Origin: Candidatus Thalassarchaeaceae archaeon
GTDB lineage: Archaea > Thermoplasmatota > Poseidoniia > Poseidoniales > Thalassarchaeaceae
NCBI GenBank assembly: GCA_023700255.1
Contig: JAJPRD010000006.1
Location: 1 to 61,386, forward strand
Reading direction: 5' to 3'
DNA length: 61,386 nucleotides
Shown: positions 50,673 to 59,618 of the stretch, in pieces
Layout: each line of letters begins with the position of its first letter
Numbering within the stretch: position 1 is the first letter of the stretch
The notes under the pieces: generated by a model
Told to the model about the DNA's origin: nothing
Database searches by the model: none
Seen by the model: only the letters and a program-made list of their open reading frames with translations
Program-made: the position numbers and the translations under genes

Positions 50673-51595
50673 AAGTTCCCCTTATTGAGTACATTACGAT
50701 CACCTTGATAGTATTCTACATCATCTTCATCAAACTCTTTGTCGCCGAAAGATCCGGTAGAAGGAGTAAGTTGAATCACAGCGCCACCTGAACCGTGTAA
50801 TGCTTCGTAAGCCAATACTTCACCATCGTAATTATTATGCTGTCCCATTGCCGCTGCTAACCACCAAGCGGGCTTGTAAGCAACTACTTTCTGAACTCTA
50901 ATCTGTCCATGTATCTCGCGACTTAGTTGGCTCAAATCTTCTAATCGACCATCTGCAAAAAATTCTAAAATTTTCTCATTCCATTCGTTATCCTTAGAAC
51001 TGTGAATTCTATCATCAACAGGATCAATATGTTCAGTAAACATTCTATTCGATAGACTTGAAACAACTACTATGACTGCCTTTTTACCTTGAGTAATTAA
51101 AGCATCACGAGCGGATTTACCTAGAACGATAGTTTCAGAACGGTTCGCATACATATTGCTAGAAACAATACATGCAGGTATACGATTATCCGGATTTAAC
51201 AAACTAAGTGCGACTACTGAACCAGTATCTATAGGAAATCCTTCATAATCCACTGTACGAGCATGTAGTCCTCTTTTTTTTGCTGCAGCACAGTGCTCAT
51301 GAGCAAACTCATCATCAATTTGGAAGTTATATGGCATACTTCCAAGATAATGGAAATCATCATCGACATGAGTCCAGATTGATTCTTTTAGAGCTTGGAT
51401 TTGGTGACCTACAACGCTTGGCCAGGTTGTAGAATAGACTAATATTAAATCTGCATCACTTTCTTCAATTCTTTTCCTACATGTTTCAAAAGCAGCACGT
51501 AAATTAGCATAACCTTGATTAGCATCTGGGCTAAGAAGAGGCTGTGGGTGTGGTGGGACATAAAGTCCGAATAAAATAGGAGATTCATCAGTCAT
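50669..51595 (-). CDS. 2-aminophenol 1,6-dioxygenase alpha-like subunit (LigB superfamily)
   Basis: LVYST.W, HVD, YEGFPIDTG, DRI...D..WN match AmnA/CnbCa as I recall them. Confidence 0.85.
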   Translation of the reverse strand: MTDESPILFGLYVPPHPQPLLSPDANQGYANLRAAFETCRKRIEESDADLILVYSTTWPSVVGHQIQALKESIWTHVDDDFHYLGSMPYNFQIDDEFAHEHCAAAKKRGLHARTVDYEGFPIDTGSVVALSLLNPDNRIPACIVSSNMYANRSETIVLGKSARDALITQGKKAVIVVVSSLSNRMFTEHIDPVDDRIHSSKDNEWNEKILEFFADGRLEDLSQLSREIHGQIRVQKVVAYKPAWWLAAAMGQHNNYDGEVLAYEALHGSGGAVIQLTPSTGSFGDKEFDEDDVEYYQGDRNVLNKGNL

Positions 51596-51604
51596 TTAAA
51601 CACC

Positions 51605-52510
51605 TCAAAGAACTAACTCCCTAGTATTTGTATTGGGATCCCAACATGCGATACAGTTACCAGTACCAATCACTGATTGGTAACCATAAATCTCAGCAGG
51701 ATAACTTGGAATACCCATTGCAGCCATCATCCAGATTAATCCACCAGCTTCAGTTTCAGCTATTGTTTGTTCAGTATATTCGGGCATAATATCAACTACT
51801 TCTTGCATCTGACCTTTTCTGAACATATCGATTATTTTCATATCCCAGACATATTGACTGTGATTATAGATATGTTCCCTGCTCATATCTTCGGGAAGAG
51901 GAGCCTCAGTAACGAAATGACGATGGCTTAGACTATTACTACTAATTAGAACAACTTTCTTGCCACTCTTTTCAATTGCTTTCATACAAGCTTCACCCAA
52001 CGCTTTAGCTTGTTCAATCATAACTTCGTTAGAATAGTAATGTGCATTACGGTTACTTGAAATCGTAACTATTGGTTTGTCCCATGAAGGATTTAGAAGA
52101 TGGCAAGAAGTAATTGTACCATAATCAACTCTAAAATCAGGGTTCCTCATCATTTTAGTAATAATCCCTGCCTTAGCAGTCTCTTCATGCATTGCTTCAG
52201 CTAATTCGACATCGACCTTAAGATCGTAATTATATCTAAACAAATTAGGGAATACTGGGTCCACTGATTTAGATTTGAATTCTGGAAGCCCAAGGAAATG
52301 TGTACCGATATAAGTCTGCCAATGAGGAGTGAAAATTACTATTGCATCATAATCAATTGTTTTCAACTTCCTAGCAAGCTTAGCATAGCCCCAACGCAGT
52401 GTTTCCCAGCCACCTTCACTAAAGGCTTCATTTTGAGGAGGATTATCAGCATAAACAAGATGTGGTGGGTGTGGAGCTAGACAACCAAGTACAATTTCGC
52501 CTTTCTTCAT
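51605..52510 (-). CDS. 2-aminophenol 1,6-dioxygenase beta (catalytic) subunit
   Basis: LAPHPPHLVYA.NPPQNE, GGWE.LRW, SVDP.FPN.FRY, FRVDYGTIT, LSH.HF, VIGTGN match AmnB/CnbCb. Confidence 0.92.
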   Translation of the reverse strand: MKKGEIVLGCLAPHPPHLVYADNPPQNEAFSEGGWETLRWGYAKLARKLKTIDYDAIVIFTPHWQTYIGTHFLGLPEFKSKSVDPVFPNLFRYNYDLKVDVELAEAMHEETAKAGIITKMMRNPDFRVDYGTITSCHLLNPSWDKPIVTISSNRNAHYYSNEVMIEQAKALGEACMKAIEKSGKKVVLISSNSLSHRHFVTEAPLPEDMSREHIYNHSQYVWDMKIIDMFRKGQMQEVVDIMPEYTEQTIAETEAGGLIWMMAAMGIPSYPAEIYGYQSVIGTGNCIACWDPNTNTRELVL

Positions 52511-52595
52511 AGTATACCGGAGACTCTCCTTATTGATGAATGAGACGCATGGAGCAATTCAGAGTATTATATGCTAGATACCGCACGGATAGTGC

Positions 52596-53003
52596 ATGAA
52601 GTGGGAGTCTGCTCCACTATGGCCGGTTGCTTTACCATCGATAACTGGTTTCTTACTATCACTTATTCCTTATTTTTTCGAATTCGAATACTTTAGTAAA
52701 AGGAATCTTTTAGCACCTGTATTAATTTTAATAACATTAGGGCTTTTTTTAACGTTATTACCTAATAAATTTGGAAATAAATTTGAGCTGTATCTTGGAT
52801 ATGTCGTCGGGCTTTCAGCATCCTATATTTTCAGAATCTTCTTTGGATTTTATGGAATTGTCGTTGTAGTCCTTGTTTGGATGGGGCAATCAACATATAT
52901 GTGGCAGTATAATTTCCCACCATTTAGAATTGGTATATGGATATCATTAGGTTCTATTTCAGGGTTGTACATAGGCGGGATAATGGCCTATAATTTGTTT
53001 TGA
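52596..53003 (+). CDS. Small hypothetical membrane protein
   Basis: 135-aa hydrophobic ORF. Confidence 0.65.
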   Translation: MKWESAPLWPVALPSITGFLLSLIPYFFEFEYFSKRNLLAPVLILITLGLFLTLLPNKFGNKFELYLGYVVGLSASYIFRIFFGFYGIVVVVLVWMGQSTYMWQYNFPPFRIGIWISLGSISGLYIGGIMAYNLF

Positions 53004-54406
53004 TAACGACGATAATTAATAATTCCTTCAATAACTATGCCTGTAATAATGAAAGCAGGTAAACTGACTAGGAAACCTGTCCACAACAATTCATCATCTA
53101 CATAATGAGGAGTTATGCGGATTTCTCCCAAAACCCCCGATTCAAGATTGGATGTATCTGATAACCTGACTAAAATTATGTAAACATCAAACAAGTTATC
53201 TGGTGTGACTTCAAACTGTGTTGAATTATTGCTCCCTAGTAAGAATAAATCGCCTTCAGAAACAAAAGAATCCCACTCAAAAATTCCTTTTTCGACATAT
53301 TGCTCGACATTATCTCTCTGTATTAGCAGCACATCAAGATCATATTCACCAACATTTGAAACATCTACATAAACAGGATCCCATAGAGTATGAACTTCAA
53401 TTGTATCTAAATTAATATCGCCAATACCTACCCGCATATTTGCTTCTTCTTCATCAGTACCGGGTCCATCAACAACACCATTAATTAACCATGTTGAACA
53501 AATTAAGACGGTCAATATAGATGCAATTAACTGATTCCTATTAGGTAATAATGAACTCAACCCATTTTCATTCCTCGCACGAACTATTGGTTGTACTGAA
53601 TGAACGAAAGAAGAGGTGATTATTGCTAGTAAAATACCTGGAACTATATCAATCAACCAATGTATCCCCAAATATTGTATTGAGAATAAATAAATCATTA
53701 CGTTGACTGATACAAAAATATCAAATTCTCTATGCCGCCAATCTTTCAAATTTATCCCTAATTTCCTACAATGTAACCGATTAATTATTAGTAAACTAAT
53801 TGGTAAGCCCACATGCAAACTGGGAATTGCATTATCCATTGGATCATTATTTGTAAAAAATGCTAGAGTGAATGTGTCATGATAAAGAAGTGCATCCATA
53901 TCTGCGAGATATGTAGAGGTCACTTCAACATTGAAAAATAAGTATAATGGCACACTGAGTAGATAAATTACAAAATAATTGATAGCCGCTTTATCGGCCA
54001 TTACTTCATCACGGCACAGAATATAATACATCGGAGAAAACCAAATCATAAATAAATACATGAATAAATAATGCCCAGATAGAAGATTTGTCAAAGTATC
54101 GTTTAAAAAGAACTCTTGCAGATTGTTTGTCCAGTCACCCTCTATAGCATAAATCCAATGAGTAAAACCACCCACTCTATCCTTCATAGGTTCATTATGG
54201 TGGTCAATAATCCCCTTGAAAATGAACATAAGGATATACAATAGAATGTGCCACCAGTAGCCCTTTTGCCTAATTTCACTAGGGAGGTCTCTCAATGAGA
54301 CTCTTCTATCTTTTTCATCTCTAGTCAAAAAGAAATGAATCGGTAATGTCATCAGCAACAAAGCACCCATAGATGTCCCATAGGGACCAATCGGCCAATC
54401 CATCAT
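52988..54406 (-). CDS. PAP2-superfamily membrane phosphotransferase (Aur1/inositolphosphotransferase-like) with C-terminal soluble domain
   Basis: NAIPSLH and LGIHWLID motifs in TM context. Confidence 0.78.
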   Translation of the reverse strand: MMDWPIGPYGTSMGALLLMTLPIHFFLTRDEKDRRVSLRDLPSEIRQKGYWWHILLYILMFIFKGIIDHHNEPMKDRVGGFTHWIYAIEGDWTNNLQEFFLNDTLTNLLSGHYLFMYLFMIWFSPMYYILCRDEVMADKAAINYFVIYLLSVPLYLFFNVEVTSTYLADMDALLYHDTFTLAFFTNNDPMDNAIPSLHVGLPISLLIINRLHCRKLGINLKDWRHREFDIFVSVNVMIYLFSIQYLGIHWLIDIVPGILLAIITSSFVHSVQPIVRARNENGLSSLLPNRNQLIASILTVLICSTWLINGVVDGPGTDEEEANMRVGIGDINLDTIEVHTLWDPVYVDVSNVGEYDLDVLLIQRDNVEQYVEKGIFEWDSFVSEGDLFLLGSNNSTQFEVTPDNLFDVYIILVRLSDTSNLESGVLGEIRITPHYVDDELLWTGFLVSLPAFIITGIVIEGIINYRRYQNKL

Positions 54407-54506
54407 GTCTTTCGCGCTCGACTATGGGTCATCAATCATGCGGAAGGAGAAACAACTTTTATTCAGAAACCTCACACCAACAAATATGGGCGGTCATGAA
54501 ATATGG

Positions 54507-54950
54507 ATGGCCGAATGTAAAAAAATGTATTATGCAGCAGAACCAAGGCGTTATGAAGAAGGCACAAGAACTTCAGAGGATGCAGCTAACCAATTAGGGT
54601 GCGATATTTCACATATTGCTAAATCGATTGTTTTTATGGGAGAAAAGTGCGCCATCATTGTGATTACTTCGGGATCTAATAGAGTAGATAGAAAAAAGAA
54701 ATTGAAGAAAATACTAGGGTATAAACCAAGTCAAGCATCACCTGAATATGTATTAGAAAGCACTGGATATGCAATAGGAGGAGTACCACCTTTTGGTCAT
54801 CTAAAAGAAACTGAGATAATAATGGATGAAGATTTGTTTAATTATGAATTAATTTGGGGAGCAAGTGGCACTGCAGATACGGTGTTTCCGATTACTCCAG
54901 AAGAATTACTAAAAATTAGCGGTGCTTCAGTTAAAGATGTAAAACAATAG
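54507..54950 (+). CDS. YbaK/aminoacyl-tRNA editing domain protein
   Basis: IAKSIVF, TGYAIGGVPPFGH; start uncertain. Confidence 0.88.
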   Translation: MAECKKMYYAAEPRRYEEGTRTSEDAANQLGCDISHIAKSIVFMGEKCAIIVITSGSNRVDRKKKLKKILGYKPSQASPEYVLESTGYAIGGVPPFGHLKETEIIMDEDLFNYELIWGASGTADTVFPITPEELLKISGASVKDVKQ

Positions 54951-55690
54951 TGATTATTATGGAAATAAATGCACTTATAGAGGCTGCATCAAGACTTAGA
55001 GATGATGTTGATCCGATAGGAGATAAATTAGTCATTGAAGGTTCAGTAGATTGTGTATACAATCCTCTGATGTACGCCTGGGATATACACAAGGCTTTCA
55101 TAAAATTAGGAGGAGATAAAGGGGCAGACACTCTACTTCTTGGAATGAATCCTGGACCTCATGGTATGGGTCAAATGGGAATTCCATTCTCTGCAACAAA
55201 AGTTGTCAGAGAGTTATTAGGAATAAGAAATTTAGAGGTGAAAAAGCCACGTAACCCGCACCCTAAGAGAGAAGTTACAGGATTAGATTGGCATAAAGAA
55301 GAAATATCTGGCACACGACTTTGGAATTTATTAGAAGAACATTATGGAACTGTTGAGAATATATTTTCTAATGTATTCATCTTAAATCATTGTCCACTAA
55401 TGCTGTTTAAAGGAGAGAGGGCTACAAATATCACACCGGATAAAATCTCTGGAAAAAATGCAAAGGAATTAATTGAAAGATGTGACCAACATTTAAGAGA
55501 ATTAGTCGATATAATGGGTATAAAGAAAATAATAGGTGTAGGAAAATATGCTGAGAAAAGAGCCAATATAGCACTTAAAGGCACTAATGTCGAAATTACA
55601 AGTTGTTGGCATCCATCTCCTGCATCACCATTAGCTAATCGTAATAAAGGTAAGGATTGGAGAGATAATATTAGGTCAGTTTTACCATAA
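54950..55690 (+). CDS. SMUG1-type (family 3) uracil-DNA glycosylase
   Basis: YNPL.YA, GMNPGP.GM.Q.G.PF, E.SG.RLW, N.CPL, HPSPASP. Confidence 0.9.
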   Translation: MIIMEINALIEAASRLRDDVDPIGDKLVIEGSVDCVYNPLMYAWDIHKAFIKLGGDKGADTLLLGMNPGPHGMGQMGIPFSATKVVRELLGIRNLEVKKPRNPHPKREVTGLDWHKEEISGTRLWNLLEEHYGTVENIFSNVFILNHCPLMLFKGERATNITPDKISGKNAKELIERCDQHLRELVDIMGIKKIIGVGKYAEKRANIALKGTNVEITSCWHPSPASPLANRNKGKDWRDNIRSVLP

Positions 55691-55765
55691 ATCTAGAAAT
55701 AAAGTAAGTTCTATCACACTAAGTTTCAATTCTTACACTAGTAAACAATTAAGGCGAAACATCGA

Positions 55766-57559
55766 GTGTCAAGTCTCATGTCTGCAATGACTACCCCCGA
55801 ATACCTGATGGCGAACGCAAAGAATTATGGGAATGAAAAAGCAATTTCTACAAAGAATTCTAATGGAGCATGGAATCATGTCAGTTGGAGCAATTTTCAC
55901 GATCAAACCGCATCAGTAGCTAAATCATTAATTGCTATGGGTTTTGAAGAGGGAGATAAATTAAGTATTTATTCTTACAATCGAATCGAATGGTATACAT
56001 CCTACCACGCTGCAAATATGTGTAATGGAGCAGCAGTTGGAGTTTACCATACTTGCTCTCCAGAAGAAGTTGAATGGGTTGTAGGTAATTCTGACTCGAA
56101 ATTCATATTTGTTGGAGACAATCCAATGGATGGAGGAAACCCTGCAAAAATGTGTGCACATCGATTGCATGATATAATGGATAAATTAGAAAAAGTGGAG
56201 ACTGTAGTTGTAATGGATGGTGTCGATATGCCAGAACATGAAAAATGTATGTCTTGGTCAGACTTCATAGAGAAAGGAGCAGATGTAGATTACTCAGAGA
56301 TTGAAAAAAGAGTAGCTAACATAACACCCGAAGACACATTTTCTTTGATTTATACTTCAGGTACAACAGGCAATCCAAAAGGAGTGGAATTGAGTCATGA
56401 CAACATTGATTTTGAACTTGCAGAGGTCTGGAAATTACAAGAATTTGAAAGAGGTTGGGGCTATGTTTCTTGGTTACCTTGTGCACATGTGTTCGGACAA
56501 TTAGTAGATTGCCATGCACATATTAGATGGGGTCTTCATATGACTGTTGTCGATGCGCCATTAAACGTTATAGATTATGCCAAAGAAGTACAACCCCACT
56601 TATTCATAGGAGTACCTAGAATCTATGAGAAAGTTTACAGTAATCTAGTTGCAAAGCTAGGAAGTAAGATGAAACTAGTAGGTATTCCAATACTTGGTGG
56701 AATCATTAAGAAAAAGGCTAAGGAGGCTATTGGAATGTCTAATTGTGTTTATGCAATAACTGGAGCAGCACCGATTAATCCAGATATTCTCAAACTATTC
56801 CACAACCTTGACATCCCATTGTATGAGGGATATGGGATGACAGAAACTACTGCTGGAGCAAGTCTTGGTTACAAAAATAACAATAAAATTGGAACTGTAG
56901 GGAAACCATTTAGTGGAACTGAACTAATGATTTCGGACTCAGGTGAAATCCTCTTCAGAGGAAGGCATGTCATGAAAGGGTACTATAAAAATCCTGAAGC
57001 AACTGCTGACACAATAGATTCGGAAGGATGGCTACATTCAGGTGATAAAGGAGAACTGGATTCAGATGGGTATGTGAAAATTACCGGCAGGATCAAAGAA
57101 TTATACGTAAGTTCTGGCGGTAAAAATATCGCACCATTAGTTATTGAAGAAACAATGAAGTCAATACCTATGGTGTCGCAATGCATGTTGATTGGCGATG
57201 GAAGAAAATATTGTAGTGCGTTATTCACATTAGATGTTGGTGCAATATTAAGAGATAAACATGGAATGGACCCAGCAAAAATTCCGAAAGACCCAACTGT
57301 ACAAATTACAACTTTGGAAGATTTTGGGAAAAAATTATCAGACTATACAGATAGTGAAGAAATACACAATGAAATGTTGAAATCGGTAACTGAATTGAAT
57401 GGTCGATTTAGTAACCCTGAACAAATTAAGAAATTTAAGATCCTACCTAGAGACTTAAATGTAGATTTTGGAGAGTTAACTCCTACTCTGAAAATTAGAA
57501 GAATACAGATTAGAGAAAATTGGGCTGCTGAAATTGAAGCAATGTATGAAGACGCTTGA
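55766..57559 (+). CDS. fadD: Long-chain fatty acid--CoA ligase
   Basis: YTSGTTGNPKG, EGYGMTE, GWLHSGD, GGKNIAP, ELTPTLK. Confidence 0.93.
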   Translation: MSSLMSAMTTPEYLMANAKNYGNEKAISTKNSNGAWNHVSWSNFHDQTASVAKSLIAMGFEEGDKLSIYSYNRIEWYTSYHAANMCNGAAVGVYHTCSPEEVEWVVGNSDSKFIFVGDNPMDGGNPAKMCAHRLHDIMDKLEKVETVVVMDGVDMPEHEKCMSWSDFIEKGADVDYSEIEKRVANITPEDTFSLIYTSGTTGNPKGVELSHDNIDFELAEVWKLQEFERGWGYVSWLPCAHVFGQLVDCHAHIRWGLHMTVVDAPLNVIDYAKEVQPHLFIGVPRIYEKVYSNLVAKLGSKMKLVGIPILGGIIKKKAKEAIGMSNCVYAITGAAPINPDILKLFHNLDIPLYEGYGMTETTAGASLGYKNNNKIGTVGKPFSGTELMISDSGEILFRGRHVMKGYYKNPEATADTIDSEGWLHSGDKGELDSDGYVKITGRIKELYVSSGGKNIAPLVIEETMKSIPMVSQCMLIGDGRKYCSALFTLDVGAILRDKHGMDPAKIPKDPTVQITTLEDFGKKLSDYTDSEEIHNEMLKSVTELNGRFSNPEQIKKFKILPRDLNVDFGELTPTLKIRRIQIRENWAAEIEAMYEDA

Positions 57560-58197
57560 AAAGCGGTGAATCTATGACACCTGAGGCATGGATTGCTCTG
57601 GCGACAGTGTTCTGTCTAGGAGCAATGAGTCCTGGACCCTCTTTAGCAGTAGTTCTACGTAATACCTTATCAGGAGGAAGAAAACAAGGAGTAATGACTG
57701 GCATTGGTCATGGAATCGGTTTTGGAGTCTATGCATTCCTCGCAGCAGGAGCATTTGCAACTGCTATTTCAATACATGAAACCGCTGAAACAGGATTAAA
57801 GTGGGCAGGAGTTAGTATTCTTGTTTGGTTAGGATACGTTTTCCTTAATCATGCAAGAAAAGGACCTTCGGAATCTTCAGATGAAAATAATCATGGCCCA
57901 CTGAATAGACAAGGTTTCGTACAAGGTTTTTCAATTGCACTTTTGAATCCAAAAATTCTGGCCTGGATGTTAGCACTTTACACACCATTTATCGAAGAAA
58001 ATGTAAGTCTCGAAACTCTTCTTGGCATGGGGGCTCTGGGGATGACAATAGATGGAACTTGGTATGTGACTGTGGCATTGGTACTAACTACTGGAGGTAG
58101 AGTTGAGAAATTGAAATCTATCTCACATCTCATAGATGGAGCAATGGGTGTATTGATGTTTGTATTCGCAGGACTTATGATTGGTGGAGTTATTTGA
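57556..58197 (+). CDS. LysE/RhtB-family exporter
   Basis: SPGPS, LLNPK. Confidence 0.9.
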   Translation: MKSGESMTPEAWIALATVFCLGAMSPGPSLAVVLRNTLSGGRKQGVMTGIGHGIGFGVYAFLAAGAFATAISIHETAETGLKWAGVSILVWLGYVFLNHARKGPSESSDENNHGPLNRQGFVQGFSIALLNPKILAWMLALYTPFIEENVSLETLLGMGALGMTIDGTWYVTVALVLTTGGRVEKLKSISHLIDGAMGVLMFVFAGLMIGGVI

Positions 58198-59004
58198 CTA
58201 CAAATCCGATAATATGAAAAGAATAATCATCGAAAAGCAAAAAGATACCGGAGCTACAAAAATCCCTCCTAAAAGACCAAAACCTAGAGAACGCTTCTTA
58301 GTTATGAAACTCCAAAATATCATCCCAATATAGAGTAAAATCAGTAGATAAGGGGCGAATGCTAAGAATAATCCTGAAGGATTAACACCATTATCGCCTT
58401 CAACGTCAGCATGAAGTGTCGTAGAATCTAGTTCTATTTCTTGATCTATAGCATAAGTAAATGTTTGACCGTTCACCTGTAATAACATATTATAATCATT
58501 CATACTACCTTCACAATCCATAGGATACCATATCCCATGATTATCAGACTGAACTACAAGGTAACTAGGATTATCCATATAGTCCGTATCTAGGCGACAG
58601 TACCCCCAGTCATCATACCAGCCATTGTCAACAACAGTATGAAACCAAAAATCGTTTTCTTGTATCTCAAAAAAGTCTACTGGAGGGATATCAAAAAAAA
58701 CATCTATAGTCTGATATTCTTCTCCAGAGATATTGATAATGTCTTGATCAAATGAATCGAGGGCACTATCGTCATGATAATAGTCGTCTATCATATTTTC
58801 AGCAGAAAAAGCAGAAAAAGACATGAGAAATCCTGTGAAAATAGGAATAAGGAGTAATCCTATTAAAAATTGCGACCATATGAAATTATTCGGGTCTACA
58901 GGTGCAATAGGTATAGAGGATGGACTCGAGACACTACTTACATCGCCAGTGAATAAATTCCCTTGAGCATTATCCTTCCACCAATCCGAAGATTTGTCAT
59001 TCAT
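58198..59004 (-). CDS. Hypothetical membrane protein with acidic extracellular loop
   Basis: One N-terminal and two C-terminal TM helices. Confidence 0.65.
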   Translation of the reverse strand: MNDKSSDWWKDNAQGNLFTGDVSSVSSPSSIPIAPVDPNNFIWSQFLIGLLLIPIFTGFLMSFSAFSAENMIDDYYHDDSALDSFDQDIINISGEEYQTIDVFFDIPPVDFFEIQENDFWFHTVVDNGWYDDWGYCRLDTDYMDNPSYLVVQSDNHGIWYPMDCEGSMNDYNMLLQVNGQTFTYAIDQEIELDSTTLHADVEGDNGVNPSGLFLAFAPYLLILLYIGMIFWSFITKKRSLGFGLLGGIFVAPVSFCFSMIILFILSDL

Positions 59005-59046
59005 AATTATCTAACCTTTAGATTGAATACTAATTCGAGGGTCATT

Positions 59047-59511
59047 TTATATCAAAACAAATGGTAAATGGAATAATAGATCGAATACTATTGCAAGAGT
59101 TCCTGCTTCGGAAGATGGGCTCGTATCGGCATCACCACTTGGAGGAGATAAACGTTGAAGTTCACCAGCATCCAGCCAGAATGATGAACAATTAGGACAA
59201 CCATCAATCTCAATTAATTCAGTTAGACTTCCATCCATCTTCCTAAAGGCAAAGTCTCTAACTTTCATATCAGACTGACAAAATGGACAGCAAAGAGATA
59301 CGGGAGTACCCTCATCTTTGAAACCATCATGCATAACCTCTAACTTATCACTACAAAATTCAGAGGTTGCAGAATGAGAATTTATTGCAAGACCAGCGCA
59401 ACTAGGACAATGCGAGATTCCATTTCGAGAAAATACTGATTTATCACTTTCATTAGGCATTACAAGAATTGAATTATCGCGAGGACATAGCATCTTTGAG
59501 TCCACCATCAT
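59047..59511 (-). CDS. Double zinc-ribbon protein (zf-TFIIB-like)
   Basis: CPRD..CPSC and CPFC..CPNC, WLDAGEL. Confidence 0.72.
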   Translation of the reverse strand: MMVDSKMLCPRDNSILVMPNESDKSVFSRNGISHCPSCAGLAINSHSATSEFCSDKLEVMHDGFKDEGTPVSLCCPFCQSDMKVRDFAFRKMDGSLTELIEIDGCPNCSSFWLDAGELQRLSPPSGDADTSPSSEAGTLAIVFDLLFHLPFVLI

Positions 59512-59618
59512 GCATCCTGAGGATTCATATGTATTCAATACTTACCCGGCATGTGACATTATTTTATAGGATTCTTCTTGTGTAGCGATGCTTTCGGAAC
59601 TTCATGGAGAAGAAGGGC

